From Eledone cirrhosa (Eukaryota), in contig OZ024764.1 in the NCBI GenBank assembly GCA_964016885.1, positions 1,798,001-1,862,000 of the forward strand: 64,000 nt of DNA. Direction: 5' to 3'. The notes beneath the pieces are model-generated. The model saw nothing but the letters and a program-made list of their open reading frames with translations. It was not told the DNA's origin and made no database searches. The translations under genes were made by a program, and so were the position numbers. This document shows, piece after piece, positions 18,421-34,132 of the stretch (positions are counted from its first letter, which is position 1; the number at the start of each line of letters is the position of its first letter).

Positions 18421-21400
18421 TAACATACACAGACATCATACAATCTAGCCTTCACACATCCTCTACATTAACTACCCATGTCTCACTACCATGTAACACA
18501 GACATCATACAATCTACCCTTCACACATCCTCTACATTAACTACCCATGTCTCACTACCATGTAACATACACAGACATCATACAATCTAGCCTTCACACA
18601 TCCTCTACATTAACTACCCATGTCTCACTACCATGTAACATACACAGACATCATACAATCTACCCTTCACACATCCTCTACATTAACTACCCATGTCTCA
18701 CTACCATGTAACATACACAGACATCATACAATCTAGCCTTCACGCATCCTCTACATTAACTACCCATGTCTCACTACCATGTAACACAGACATCATACAA
18801 TCTACCCTTCACACATCCTCTACATTAACTACCCATGTCTCACTACCATGTAACACACACAGACATCATACAATCTAGCCTTCACACATCCTCTACATTA
18901 ACTACCCATGTTACACTACCATGTAACACAGACATCATACAATCTAGCCTTCACACATCCTCTACATTAACTACCCATGTCTCACTACCATGTAACACAG
19001 ACATCATACAATCTACCCTTCACACATCCTCTACATTAACTACCCATGTCTCACTACCATGTAACACACACAGACATCATACAATCTAGCCTTCACACAT
19101 CCTCTACATTAACTACCCATGTTACACTACCATGTAACACAGACATCATACAATCTAGCCTTCACACATCCTCTACATTAACTACCCATGTCTCACTACC
19201 ATGTAACACAGACATCATACAATCTACCCTTCACACATCCTCTACATTAACTACCCATGTCTCACTACCATGTAACATACACAGACATCATACAATCTAG
19301 CCTTCACACATCCTCTACATTAACTACCCATGTTACACTACCATGTAACACAGACATCATACAATCTACCCTTCACACATCCTCTACATTAACTACCCAT
19401 GTCTCACTACCATGTAACATACACAGACATCATACAATCTAGCCTTCACACATCCTCTACATTAACTACCCATCTCACACTACCATGTAACACAGACATC
19501 ATACAATCTACCCTTCACACATCCTCTACATTAACTACCCATGTCACACTACCATGTAACACAGACATCATACAATCTACCCTTCACACATCCTCTACAT
19601 TAACTACCCATGTCACACTACCATGTAACACAGGCATCATACAATCTACCCTTCACACATCCTCTACATTAACTACCCATGTCTCACTACCATGTAACAC
19701 AGACATCATACAATCTACCCTTCACACATCCTCTACATTAACTACCCATGCCTCACTACCATGTAACACAGACATCATACAATCTACCCTTCACACATCC
19801 TCTACATTAACTACCCATGTCTCACTCCCATGTAACACAGACATCATACAATCTACCCTTCACACATCCTCTACATTAACTACCCATGTCTCACTACCAT
19901 GTAACACAGGCATCATACAATCTACCCTTCACACATCCTCTACATTAACTACCCATGTCTCACTACCATGTAACACAGACATCATACAATCTACCCTTCA
20001 CACATCCTCTACATTAACTACTCATGTTACACTACCATGTAACACAGACATCATACAATCTACCCTTCACACATCCTCTACATTAACTACTCATGTTACA
20101 CTACCATGTAACACAGACATCATACAATCTACCCTTCATACATCCTCTACATTAACTACCCATGTCTCACTACCATGTAACACAGACATCATACAATCTA
20201 CCCTTCACTTATCCTCTACATTAACTACCCATGTCACACTACCATGTAACACAGACATCATACAATCTACCCTTCACACATCCTCTACATTAACTACCCA
20301 TGATCACTACCATGTAACACACACAGACATCATACAATCTACCCTTCACACATCCTCTACATTAACTACCCATGTCACACTACCATGTAACATACACAGA
20401 CATCATACAATCTACCCTTCACACATCCTCTACATTAACTACCCATGTCACACTACCATGTAACACAGACATCATACAATCTACCCTTCACACATCCTCT
20501 ACATTAACTACCCATGATCACTACCATGTAACACACACAGACATCATACAATCTACCCTTCACACATCCTCTACATTAACTACCCATGTCACACTACCAT
20601 GTAACATACACAGACATCATACAATCTACCCTTCACACATCCTCTACATTAACTACCCATGTCACACTACCATGTAACACAGACATCATACAATCTACCC
20701 TTCACACATCCTCTACATTAACTACCCATGTCTCACTACCATGTAACACAGACATCATACAATCTACCCTTCACACATCCTCTACATTAACTACCCATGT
20801 TACACTACCAGGTAACATACACAGACATCATACAATCTACCCTTCACACATCCTCTACATTAACTACCCATGTCTCACTACCATGTAACACACACAGACA
20901 TCATACAATCTACCCTTCACACATCCTCTACATTAACTACCCATGTCTCACTACCATGTAACACAGACATCATACAATCTACCCTTCACACATCCTCTAC
21001 ATTAACTACCCATGTCTCACTAACATGTAACACAGATATCATACAATCTACCCTTCACACAACCTCTACATTAACTACCCATGTCTCACTACCATGTAAC
21101 ACAGACATCATACAATCTACCCTTCACATATCCTCTACATTAACTACCCATGTCTCACTACCATGTAACACAGGCATCATACAATCTACCCTTCACATAT
21201 CGTCTACATTAACTACCCATGTTTCACTACCATGTAACACAGACATCATACAATCTACCCTTCACACATCCTCTACATTAACTACCCATGTCTCACTACC
21301 ATGTAACATACACAGACATCATAGAATCTACGCTTCACACATCCTCTACATTAACTACCCATGTCTCACTACCATGTAACACAGACATCATACAATCTAC

Positions 21401-24400
21401 CCTTCACACATCCTCTACATTAACTACCCATGTCTCACTACCATGTAACACAGACATCATACAATCTACTCTTCACACATCCTCTACATTAACTACCCAT
21501 GTTACACTACCATGTAACATACACAGACATCATACAATCTACCCTTCACACATCCTCTACATTAACTACCCATGTCACACTACCATGTAACATACACAGG
21601 CATCATACAATCTACCCTTCACACATCCTCTACATTAACTACCCATGTCTCACTACCATGTAACACAGACATCATACAATCTACCCTTCACACATCCTCT
21701 ACATTAACTACCCATGTCTCACTACCATGTAACATACACAGACATCATACAATCTACCCTTCACACATCCTCTACATTAACTACCCATGTCACACTACCA
21801 TGTAACACAGACATCATACAATCTACCCTTCACACATCCTCTACATTAACTACCCATGTCACACTACCATGTAACACAGACATCATACAATCTACCCTTC
21901 ACACATCCTCTACATTAACTACCCATGTCTCTCTACCATGTAACATACACAGTCATCATACAATCTACCCTTCACACATCCTCTTCATTAACTACCCATG
22001 TCTCACTACCATGTAACACAGACCTCATACAATCTACCCTTCACACATCCTCTACATTAACTACCCATGTTTCACTACCATGTAACACAGACATCATACA
22101 ATCTACCCTTCACACATCCTCTACATTAACTACCCATGTCTCACTACCATGTAACATACACAGACATCATACAATCTACCCTTCACACATCCTCTACATT
22201 AACTACCCATGTCTCACTACCATGTTACAGACATCATACAATCTACCCTTCACACATCCTCTACATTAACTACCCATGTTTCACTACCATGTAACACAGA
22301 CATCATACAATCTACCCCTCACACATCCTCTACATTAACTACCCATGTCACACTACCATGTAACATACACAGGCATCATACAATCTACCCTTCACACATC
22401 CTCTACATTAACTACCCATGTCTCACTACCATGTAACACACAGAGGCATCATACAATCTACCCTTCACACATCCTCTACATTAACTACCCATGTCTCACT
22501 ACCATGTAACACAGACATCATACAATCTACCCTTCACACATCCTCTACATTAACTACCCATGTCCCACTACCATGTAACACACAGATGCATCATACAATC
22601 TACCCTTCACACATCCTCTACATTAACTACCCATGTCACACTACCATGTAACACAGACATCATACAATCTACCCTTCACACATCCTCTACATTAACTACC
22701 CATGTCACACTAACATGTAACACAGACATCATACAATCTACCCTTCACACATCCTCTACATTAACTACCCATGTCACACTAACATGTAACACAGACATCA
22801 TACAATCTACCCTTCACACATCCTCTACATTAACTACCCATGTCTCACTACCATGTAACATACACAGACATCATACAATCTACCCTTCACACATCCTCTA
22901 CATTAACTACCCATGTCTCACTACTATGTAACACACACAGACATCATACAATCTACCCTTCACATATCCTCTACATTAACTACCCATGTCACACTACCAT
23001 GTAACACACACAGACATCATACAATCTACCCTTCACACATCCTCTACATTAACTACCCATGTCACACTACCATGTAACACAGACATCATACAATCTACCC
23101 TTCACATATCCTCTACATTAACTACCCGTGTCTCACTACCATGTAACACACACAGACATCATACAATCTACCCTTCACACATCCTCTACATTAACTACCC
23201 ATGTCACACTACCATGTAACACAGACATCATACAATCTACCCTTCACACATCCTCTACATTAACTACCCATGTCACACTAACATGTAACACAGACATCAT
23301 ACAATCTACCCTTCACACATCCTCTACATTAACTACCCATGTCACACTAACATGTAACACAGACATCATACAATCTACCCTTCACACATCCTCTACATTA
23401 ACTACCCATGTCTCACTACCATGTAACATACACAGACATCATACAATCTACCCTTCACACATCCTCTACATTAACTACCCATGTCTCACTACTATGTAAC
23501 ACACACAGACATCATACAATCTACCCTTCACATATCCTCTACATTAACTACCCATGTCACACTACCATGTAACACAGACATCATACAATCTACCCTTCAC
23601 ATATCCTCTACATTAACTACCCATGTCACACTACCATGTAACACACACAGACATCATACGATCTACCCTTCACACATCCTCTACATTAACTACCCATGTC
23701 TCACTACCATGTAACACAGACATCATACAATCTACCCTTCACACATCCTCTGCATTAACTACCCATGTCACACTACCATGTAACACAGACATCATACAAT
23801 CTACCTTTCACACATCCTCTACATTAACTACCCATGTCTCACTTCCATGTAACATACACAGACATCATACAATCTACCCTTCACACATCCTCTACATTAA
23901 CTACCCATGTCACACTACCATGTAACACAGGCATCATACAATCTACCCTTCACACATCTTCTACATTAACTATCCATGTCACACTACCATGTAACATACA
24001 CAGACATCATACAATCTACCCTTCACACATCTTCTACATTAACTATCCATGTCACACTACCATGTAACATACACAGACATCATACAATCTACCCTTCACA
24101 CATCCTCTACATTAACTACCCATGTCACACTACCATGTAACATACACAGGCATCATACAATCTACCCTTCACACATCCTCTACATTAACTACCCATGTCA
24201 CACTACCATGTAACACACACAGACATCATACAATCTACCCTTCACACATCCTCTACATTAACTACCCATGTCACACTACCATGTAACAGACATCATACAA
24301 TCTACCCTTCACACATCCTCTACATTTACTGCCCATGTCACACTACCATGTAACACAGACATCATACGATCTACCCTTCACACATCCTCTACATTAGTTA

Positions 24401-27400
24401 CGCATGTTTCACTACCATGTAACACAGACATCATACAATCTACCCTTCACACATCCTCTACATTAACTACCCATGTCTCACTACTATGTAACACACACAG
24501 ACATCATACAATCTACCCTTCACATATCGTCTACATTAACTACCCATGTCACACTACCATGTAACACAGACATCATACAATCTACCCTTCACACATCCTC
24601 TACATTAACTACCCATGTCACACTACCATGTAACACAGACATCATACAATCTACCCTTCACACATCCTCTGCATTAACTACCTATGTCTCACTACCATGT
24701 AACAGAGACATCATACAATCTACCCTTCACACATCCTCTACATTAACTACCCATGTCTCACTACCATGTAACATACACAGACATGATACAATCTACCCTT
24801 CACACATCCTCTACATTAACTACCCATGTCACACAGACATCATACTTTCTACTCTTCACACATCCTCTACATTAACTACCCATGTCTCACTACCATGTAA
24901 CACAGACATCATACAATCTACCCTTCACACATCCTCTACATTAACTACCCATGTCTCACTACCATGTAACACAGACATCATACAATCTACCCTTCACACA
25001 TCCTCTACATTAACTACCCATGTCTCACTACCATGTAACACAGGCATCATACAATCTACCCTTCACACATCCTCTACATTAACTACCCATGTCTCACTAC
25101 CATGTAACATACACAGACATCATAAAATCTACGCTTCACACATCCTCTACATTAACTACCCATGTCTCACTACCATGTAACATACACAGACATCATACAA
25201 TCTACCCTTCACACATCCTCTACATTAACTACCCATGTCTCACTACCATGTAACACAGACATCATACAATCTACCCTTCACACATCCTCTACATTAACTA
25301 CCCATGTCTCACTACCATGTAACATACACAGTCATCATACAATCTACCCTTCACACATCCTCTACATTAACTACCCATGTCTCACTACCATGTAACACAC
25401 ACAGGCATCATACAATCTACCCTTCACACATCCTCTACATTAACTACCCATGTCTCACTACCATGTTACAGACATCATACAATCTACCCTTCACACATCC
25501 TCTACATTAACTACCCATGTTTCACTACCATGTAACACAGACATCATACAATCTACCCTTCACACATCCTCTACATTAACTACCCATGTCTCACTACCAT
25601 GTAACATACACAGACATCATACAATCTACCCTTCACACATCCTCTACATTAACTACCCATGTCTCACTACCATGTTACAGACATCATACAATCTACCCTT
25701 CACACATCCTCTACATTAACTACCCATGTTTCACTACCATGTAACACAGACATCATACAATCTACCCCTCACACATCCTCTACATTAACTACCCATGTCA
25801 CACTACCATGTAACATACACAGGCATCATACAATCTACCCTTCACACATCCTCTACATTAACTACCCATGTCACACTACCATGTAACACAGACATCATAC
25901 AATCTACCCTTCACACATCCTCTACATTAACTACCCTTGTCTCACTACCATGTAACACACAGAGGCATCATACAATCTACCCTTCACACATCCTCTACAT
26001 TAACTACCCATGTCTCACTACCATGTAACACAGACATCATACAATCTACCCTTCACACATCCTCTACATTAACTACCCATGTCCCACTACCATGTAACAC
26101 ACAGAGGCATCATACAATCTACCCTTCACACATCCTCTACATTAACTACCCATGTCTCACTACCATGTAACACAGACATCATACAATCTACCTCTCACAC
26201 ATCCTCTACATTAACTACCCATGTCACGCTAACATGTAACACAGACATCATACAATCTACCGTTCACACATCCTCTACATTAACTACCCGTGTCTCACTA
26301 CCATGTAACATAGACATCATACAATCTACCCTTCACACATCCTCTACATTAACTACCCATGTCACACTACCATGTAACACAGACATCATACAATCTACCC
26401 TTCACACATCCTCTACATTAACTACCCATGTCACACTACCATGTAACACAGACATCATACAATCTACCCTTCACACATCCTCTACATTAACTAACCATGT
26501 CACACTACCATGTAACACAGACATCATACGATCTACCCTTCACACATCCTCTACATTAGTTACGCATGTTTCACTACCATGTAACACAGACATCATGCAA
26601 TCTACCCTTCACACATCCTCTACATTAACTACCCATGTCTCACTACTATGTAACACACACAGACATCATACAATCTACCCTTCACATATCCTCTACATTA
26701 ACTACCCATGTCACACTACCATGTAACACAGACATCATACAATCTACCCTTCACATATCGTCTACATTAACTACCCATGTCACACTACCATGTAACACAG
26801 ACATCATACTTTCTACCCTTCACACATCCTCTACATTAACTAACCATGTCTCACTACCATGTAACACAGACATCATACAATCTACTCTTCACACATCCTC
26901 TACATTAACTACCCATGTCACACTACCATGTAACAAAGACATCATACAATCTACCCTTCACTTATGCTCTACATTAACTACCCATGTCACACTACCATGT
27001 AACACACACAGACATCATACAATCTACCCTTCACACATCCTCTACATTAACTACCCATGTCTCACTACCATGTAACACAGACATCATACAATCTACCCTT
27101 CACACATCCTCTACATTAACTACCCATGTCTCACTACTATGTAACACACACAGACATCATACAATCTACCCTTCACATATCGTCTACATTAACTACCCAT
27201 GTCACACTACCATGTAACACAGACATCATACAATCTACCCTTCACACATCCTCTACATTAACTACCCATGTAACACAGACATCATACAATCTACCCTTCA
27301 CACATCCTCTACATTAACTACCCATGTCTCACTACCATGTAACACAGACATCATACAATCTACCCTTCATACATCCTCTACATTAACTACCCATGTCTCA

Positions 27401-30400
27401 CTACCATGTAACATACACAGACATCATACAATCTACCCTTCACACATCCTCTACATTAACTACCCATGTCTCACTACCATGTAACACAGACATCATACAA
27501 TCTACCCTTCACACATCCTCTACATTAACTACCCATGTCTCACTACCATGTAACACAGACATCATACAATCTACCCTTCACACATCCTCTACATTAACTA
27601 CCCATGTCTCACTACCATGTAACACAGACATCACACAATCTACCCTTCACACATCCTCTACATTAACTACCCATGTCTCACTACCATGTAACACAGACAT
27701 CATACAATCTACCCTTCACACATCCTCTACATTAACTACCCATGTCTCACTACCATGTAACACAGACATCATACAATCTACCCTTCACACATCCTCTACA
27801 TTTATTACCCATGTCACACTACCATGTAACATACACAGACATCACACAATCTACCCTTCACACATCCTCTACATTAACTACCCATGTCTCACTACCATGT
27901 AACACAGACATCATACAATCTACCCTTCACACATCCTCTACATTAACTACCCATGTCTCACTACCATGTAACACACAGACATCATACAATCTACCCTTCA
28001 CACATCCTCTACATTAACTACCCATGTCTCACTACCATGTAACACACAGACATCATACAATCTACCCTTCACACATCCTCTACATTAACTACCCATGTCT
28101 CACTACCATGTAACACACACAGACATCATACAATCTACCCTTCACACATCCTCTACATTAACTACCCATGTCTCACTACCATGTAACACAGACATCATAC
28201 AATCTACCCTTCACACATCCTCTACATTAACTACCCATGTCTCACTACCATGTAACATACACAGACATCATACAATCTACCCTTCACACATCCTCTACAT
28301 TAACTACCCATGTCTCACTACCATGTAATACACACAGACATCATACAATCTACCCTTCACACATCCTCTACATTAACTACCCATGTCTCACTACCATGTA
28401 ACACACACAGACATCATACAATCTACTCTTCACACATCCTCTACATTAACTACCCATGTCTCACTACCATGTAACACACACAGACATCATACAATCTACT
28501 CTTCACACATCCTCTACATTAACTACCCATGTCTCACTACCATGTAACACAGACATCATACAATCTACCCTTCACACATCCTCTACATTAACTACCCATG
28601 TCTCACTACCATGTAATACACACAGACATCATACAATCTACCCTTCACACATCCTCTACATTAACTACCCATGTCTCACTACCATGTAACACACACAGAC
28701 ATCATACAATCTACCCTTCACACATCCTCTACATTAGTTACGCATGTTTCACTACCATGTAACACAGACATCATACAATCTACCCTTCACACATCCTCTA
28801 CATTAACTACCCATGTCTCACTACTATGTAACACACACAGACATCATACAATCTACCCTTCACATATCCTCTACATTAACTACCCATGTCACACTACCAT
28901 GTAACACAGACATCATACAATCTACCCTTCACATATCGTCTACATTAACTACCCATGTCACACCACCATGTAACACAGACATCATACTTTCTACCCTTCA
29001 CACATCCTCTACATTAACTAACCATGTCTCACTACCATGTAACACAGACATCATACAATCTACTCTTCACACATCCTCTACATTAACTACCCATGTCACA
29101 CTACCATGTAACAAAGACATCATACAATCTACCCTTCACTTATGCTCTACATTAACTACCCATGTCACACTACCATGTAACACACACAGACATCATACAA
29201 TCTACCCTTCACACATCCTCTACATTAACTACCCATGTCTCACTACCATGTAACACAGACATCATACAATCTACCCTTCACACATCCTCTACATTAACTA
29301 CCCATGTCTCACTACTATGTAACACACACAGACATCATACAATCTACCCTTCACATATCGTCTACATTAACTACCCATGTCACACTACCATGTAACACAG
29401 ACATCATACAATCTACCCTTCACACATCCTCTACATTAACTACCCATGTAACACAGACATCATACAATCTACCCTTCACACATCCTCTACATTAACTACC
29501 CATGTCTCACTACCATGTAACACAGACATCATACAATCTACCCTTCACACATCCTCTACATTAACTACCCATGTCTCACTACCATGTAACACAGACATCA
29601 CACAATCTACCCTTCACACATCCTCTACATTAACTACCCATGTCTCACTACCATGTAACACAGACATCATACAATCTACCCTTCACACATCCTCTACATT
29701 AACTACCCATGTCTCACTACCATGTAACACAGACATCATACAATCTACTCTTCACACATCCTCTACATTAACTACCCATGTCTCACTACCATGTAACACA
29801 GACATCATACAATCTACCCTTCACACATCCTCTACATTTATTACCCATGTCACACTACCATGTAACATACACAGACATCACACAATCTACCCTTCACACA
29901 TCCTCTACATTAACTACCCATGTCTCACTACCATGTAACACAGACATCATACAATCTACCCTTCACACATCCTCTACATTAACTACCCATGTCTCACTAC
30001 CATGTAACACACAGACATCATACAATCTACCCTTCACACATCCTCTACATTAACTACCCATGTCTCACTACCATGTAACACACAGACATCATACAATCTA
30101 CCCTTCACACATCCTCTACATTAACTACCCATGTCTCACTACCATGTAACACACACAGACATCATACAATCTACCCTTCACACATCCTCTACATTAACTA
30201 CCCATGTCTCACTACCATGTAACACAGACATCATACAATCTACCCTTCACACATCCTCTACATTAACTACCCATGTCTCACTACCATGTAACATACACAG
30301 ACATCATACAATCTACCCTTCACACATCCTCTACATTAACTACCCATGTCTCACTACCATGTAATACACACAGACATCATACAATCTACCCTTCACACAT

Positions 30401-33400
30401 CCTCTACATTAACTACCCATGTCTCACTACCATGTAACACACACAGACATCATACAATCTACTCTTCACACATCCTCTACATTAACTACCCATGTCTCAC
30501 TACCATGTAACACACACAGACATCATACAATCTACTCTTCACACATCCTCTACATTAACTACCCATGTCTCACTACCATGTAACACAGACATCATACAAT
30601 CTACCCTTCACACATCCTCTACATTAACTACCCATGTCTCACTACCATGTAATACACACAGACATCATACAATCTACCCTTCACACATCCTCTACATTAA
30701 CTACCCATGTCTCACTACCATGTAACACACACAGACATCATACAATCTACCCTTCACACATCCTCTACATTAGTTACGCATGTTTCACTACCATGTAACA
30801 CAGACATCATACAATCTACCCTTCACACATCCTCTACATTAACTACCCATGTCTCACTACCATGTAACACACACATCATACAATCTACCCTTCACACATC
30901 CTCTACATTAACTACCCATGTCTCACTACTATGTAACACACACAGACATCATACAATCTACCCTTCACATATCCTCTACATTAACTACCCATGTCACACT
31001 ACCATGTAACACAGACATCATACAATCTACCCTTCACATATCGTCTACATTAACTACCCATGTCACACTACCATGTAACACAGACATCATACTTTCTACC
31101 CTTCACACATCCTCTACATTAACTAACCATGTCTCACTACCATGTAACACAGACATCATACAATCTACTCTTCACACATCCTCTACATTAACTACCCATG
31201 TCACACTACCATGTAACAAAGACATCATACAATCTACCCTTCACTTATGCTCTACATTAACTACCCATGTCACACTACCATGTAACACACACAGACATCA
31301 TACAATCTACCCTTCACACATCCTCTACATTAACTACCCATGTCTCACTACCATGTAACACAGACATCATACAATCTACCCTTCACACATCCTCTACATT
31401 AACTACCCATGTCTCACTACTATGTAACACACACAGACATCATACAATCTACCCTTCACATATCGTCTACATTAACTACCCATGTCACACTACCATGTAA
31501 CACAGACATCATACAATCTACCCTTCACACATCCTCTACATTAACTACCCATGTAACACAGACATCATACAATCTACCCTTCACACATCCTCTACATTAA
31601 CTACCCATGTCTCACTACCATGTAACACAGACATCATACAATCTACACTTCACACATCCTCTACATTAACTACCCATGTCTCACTACCATGTAACACAGA
31701 CATCATACAATCTACCCTTCATACATCCTCTACATTAACTACCCATGTCTCACTACCATGTAACATACACAGACATCATACAATCTACCCTTCACACATC
31801 CTCTACATTAACTACCCATGTCTCACTACCATGTAACACAGACATCATACAATCTACCCTTCACACATCCTCTACATTAACTACCCATGTCTCACTACCA
31901 TGTAACACAGACATCACACAATCTACCCTTCACACATCCTCTACATTAACTACCCATGTCTCACTACCATGTAACACAGACATCATACAATCTACCCTTC
32001 ACACATCCTCTACATTAACTACCCATGTCTCACTACCATGTAACACAGACATCATACAATCTACTCTTCACACATCCTCTACATTAACTACCCATGTCTC
32101 ACTACCATGTAACACAGACATCATACAATCTACCCTTCACACATCCTCTACATTTATTACCCATGTCACACTACCATGTAACATACACAGACATCACACA
32201 ATCTACCCTTCACACATCCTCTACATTAACTACCCATGTCTCACTACCATGTAACACAGACATCATACAATCTACCCTTCACACATCCTCTACATTAACT
32301 ACCCATGTCTCACTACCATGTAACACACACAGACATCATACAATCTACCCTTCACACATCCTCTACATTAACTACCCATGTCTCACTACCATGTAACACA
32401 CAGACATCATACAATCTACCCTTCACACATCCTCTACATTAACTACCCATGTCTCACTACCATGTAACACACACAGACATCATACAATCTACCCTTCACA
32501 CATCCTCTACATTAACTACCCATGTCTCACTACCATGTAACACAGACATCATACAATCTACCCTTCACACATCCTCTACATTAACTACCCATGTCTCACT
32601 ACCATGTAACATACACAGACATCATACAATCTACCCTTCACACATCCTCTACATTAACTACCCATGTCTCACTACCATGTAATACACACAGACATCATAC
32701 AATCTACCCTTCACACATCCTCTACATTAACTACCCATGTCTCACTACCATGTAACACACACAGACATCATACAATCTACTCTTCACACATCCTCTACAT
32801 TAACTACCCATGTCTCACTACCATGTAACACAGACATCATACAATCTACCCTTCACACATCCTCTACATTAACTACCCATGTCTCACTACCATGTAACAC
32901 ACACAGACATCATACAATCTACCCTTCACACATCCTCTACATTAACTACCCATGTCTCACTACCATGTAACACAGACATCATACAATCTACTCTTCACAC
33001 ATCCTCTACATTAACTACCCATGTCTCACTACCATGTAACACAGACATCATACAATCTACCCTTCACACATCCTCTACATTAACTACCCATGTCACACTA
33101 CCATGTAACATACACAGACATCATACAATCTACCCTTCACACATCCTCTACATTAACTACCCATGTCTCACTACCATGTAACACACACAGACATCATACA
33201 ATCTACCCTTCACACATCCTCTACATTAACTACCCATGTCTCACTACCATGTAACATACACAGACATCATACAATCTACCCTTCACACATCCTCTACATT
33301 AACTACCCATGTCTCACTACCATGTAACACACACAGACATCATACAATCTACCCTTCACACATCCTCTACATTAACTACCCATGTCTCACTACCATGTAA

Positions 33401-33745
33401 CACAGACATCATACAATCTACCCTTCACACATCCTCTACATTAACTACCCATGTCTCACTACCATGTAACACACACATCATACAATCTACCCTTCACACA
33501 TCCTCTACATTAACTACCCATGTCTCACTACCATGTAACATACACAGACATCATACAATCTACCCTTCACACATCCTCTACATTAACTACCCATGTCACA
33601 CTACCATGTAACACAGACATCATACAATCTACCCTTCACACATCCTCTACATTAACTACCCATGTCACACTACCATGTAACACAGACATCATACAATCTA
33701 CCCTTCACACATCCTCTACATTAACTTCCCATGTCTCACTACAAT
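18421..33745. repeat. 15.3-kb satellite of 69-bp units (71/73-bp variants)
   Basis: Unit acacagacatcatacaatctacccttcacacatcctctacattaactacccatgtctcactaccatgta; length variants arise from ca/cata insertions. Confidence 0.98.
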
Positions 33746-34132
33746 GTCGCATCACACCTCATACATGGGCCTCATTGAACCGGTGACCCACTGTTTGCCA
33801 AGCAAACCTCCTCACAGGTTGGCCATGTTGTGTTGATTCTAAACCCGCATCGAAACATGTCACTACAACTTATGTCACGAAGTGTTGATGTCATCACATG
33901 ACCTGCTCGAATGAACGAATCAGCTTACATCTCTCCTCCTTTATCTTCTAGACTACAGTTCTGGTTATGTGGTCGGAGGAGGAGGGGGGGGTTCTGCATG
34001 TCTGTCTGTGTGTCCGACTGTTTGTCGTCATGGCTCAGTTGACAGGCAAGCAAGAATTCCACTAGTGGAAGAGGTGTGGTGTGAGGACAAAAAGTAAGGT
34101 AGGTAGATATAGGTAGGTAGGTAGATAGATAA

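Noticed and set aside
18421-33745. CRISPR-like array
   Set aside because: No unique spacers and no cas genes; eukaryotic tandem satellite
15664-33786. 733-aa and TDIIQSTLH-repeat ORFs
   Set aside because: Satellite units of 72/60/69 bp happen to be multiples of 3; the 69-bp array is frameshifted constantly by 71/73-bp units
33929-34093. Coding exon
   Set aside because: Splice-like signals and open frames exist on both strands, with no recognisable protein; cannot choose without RNA data
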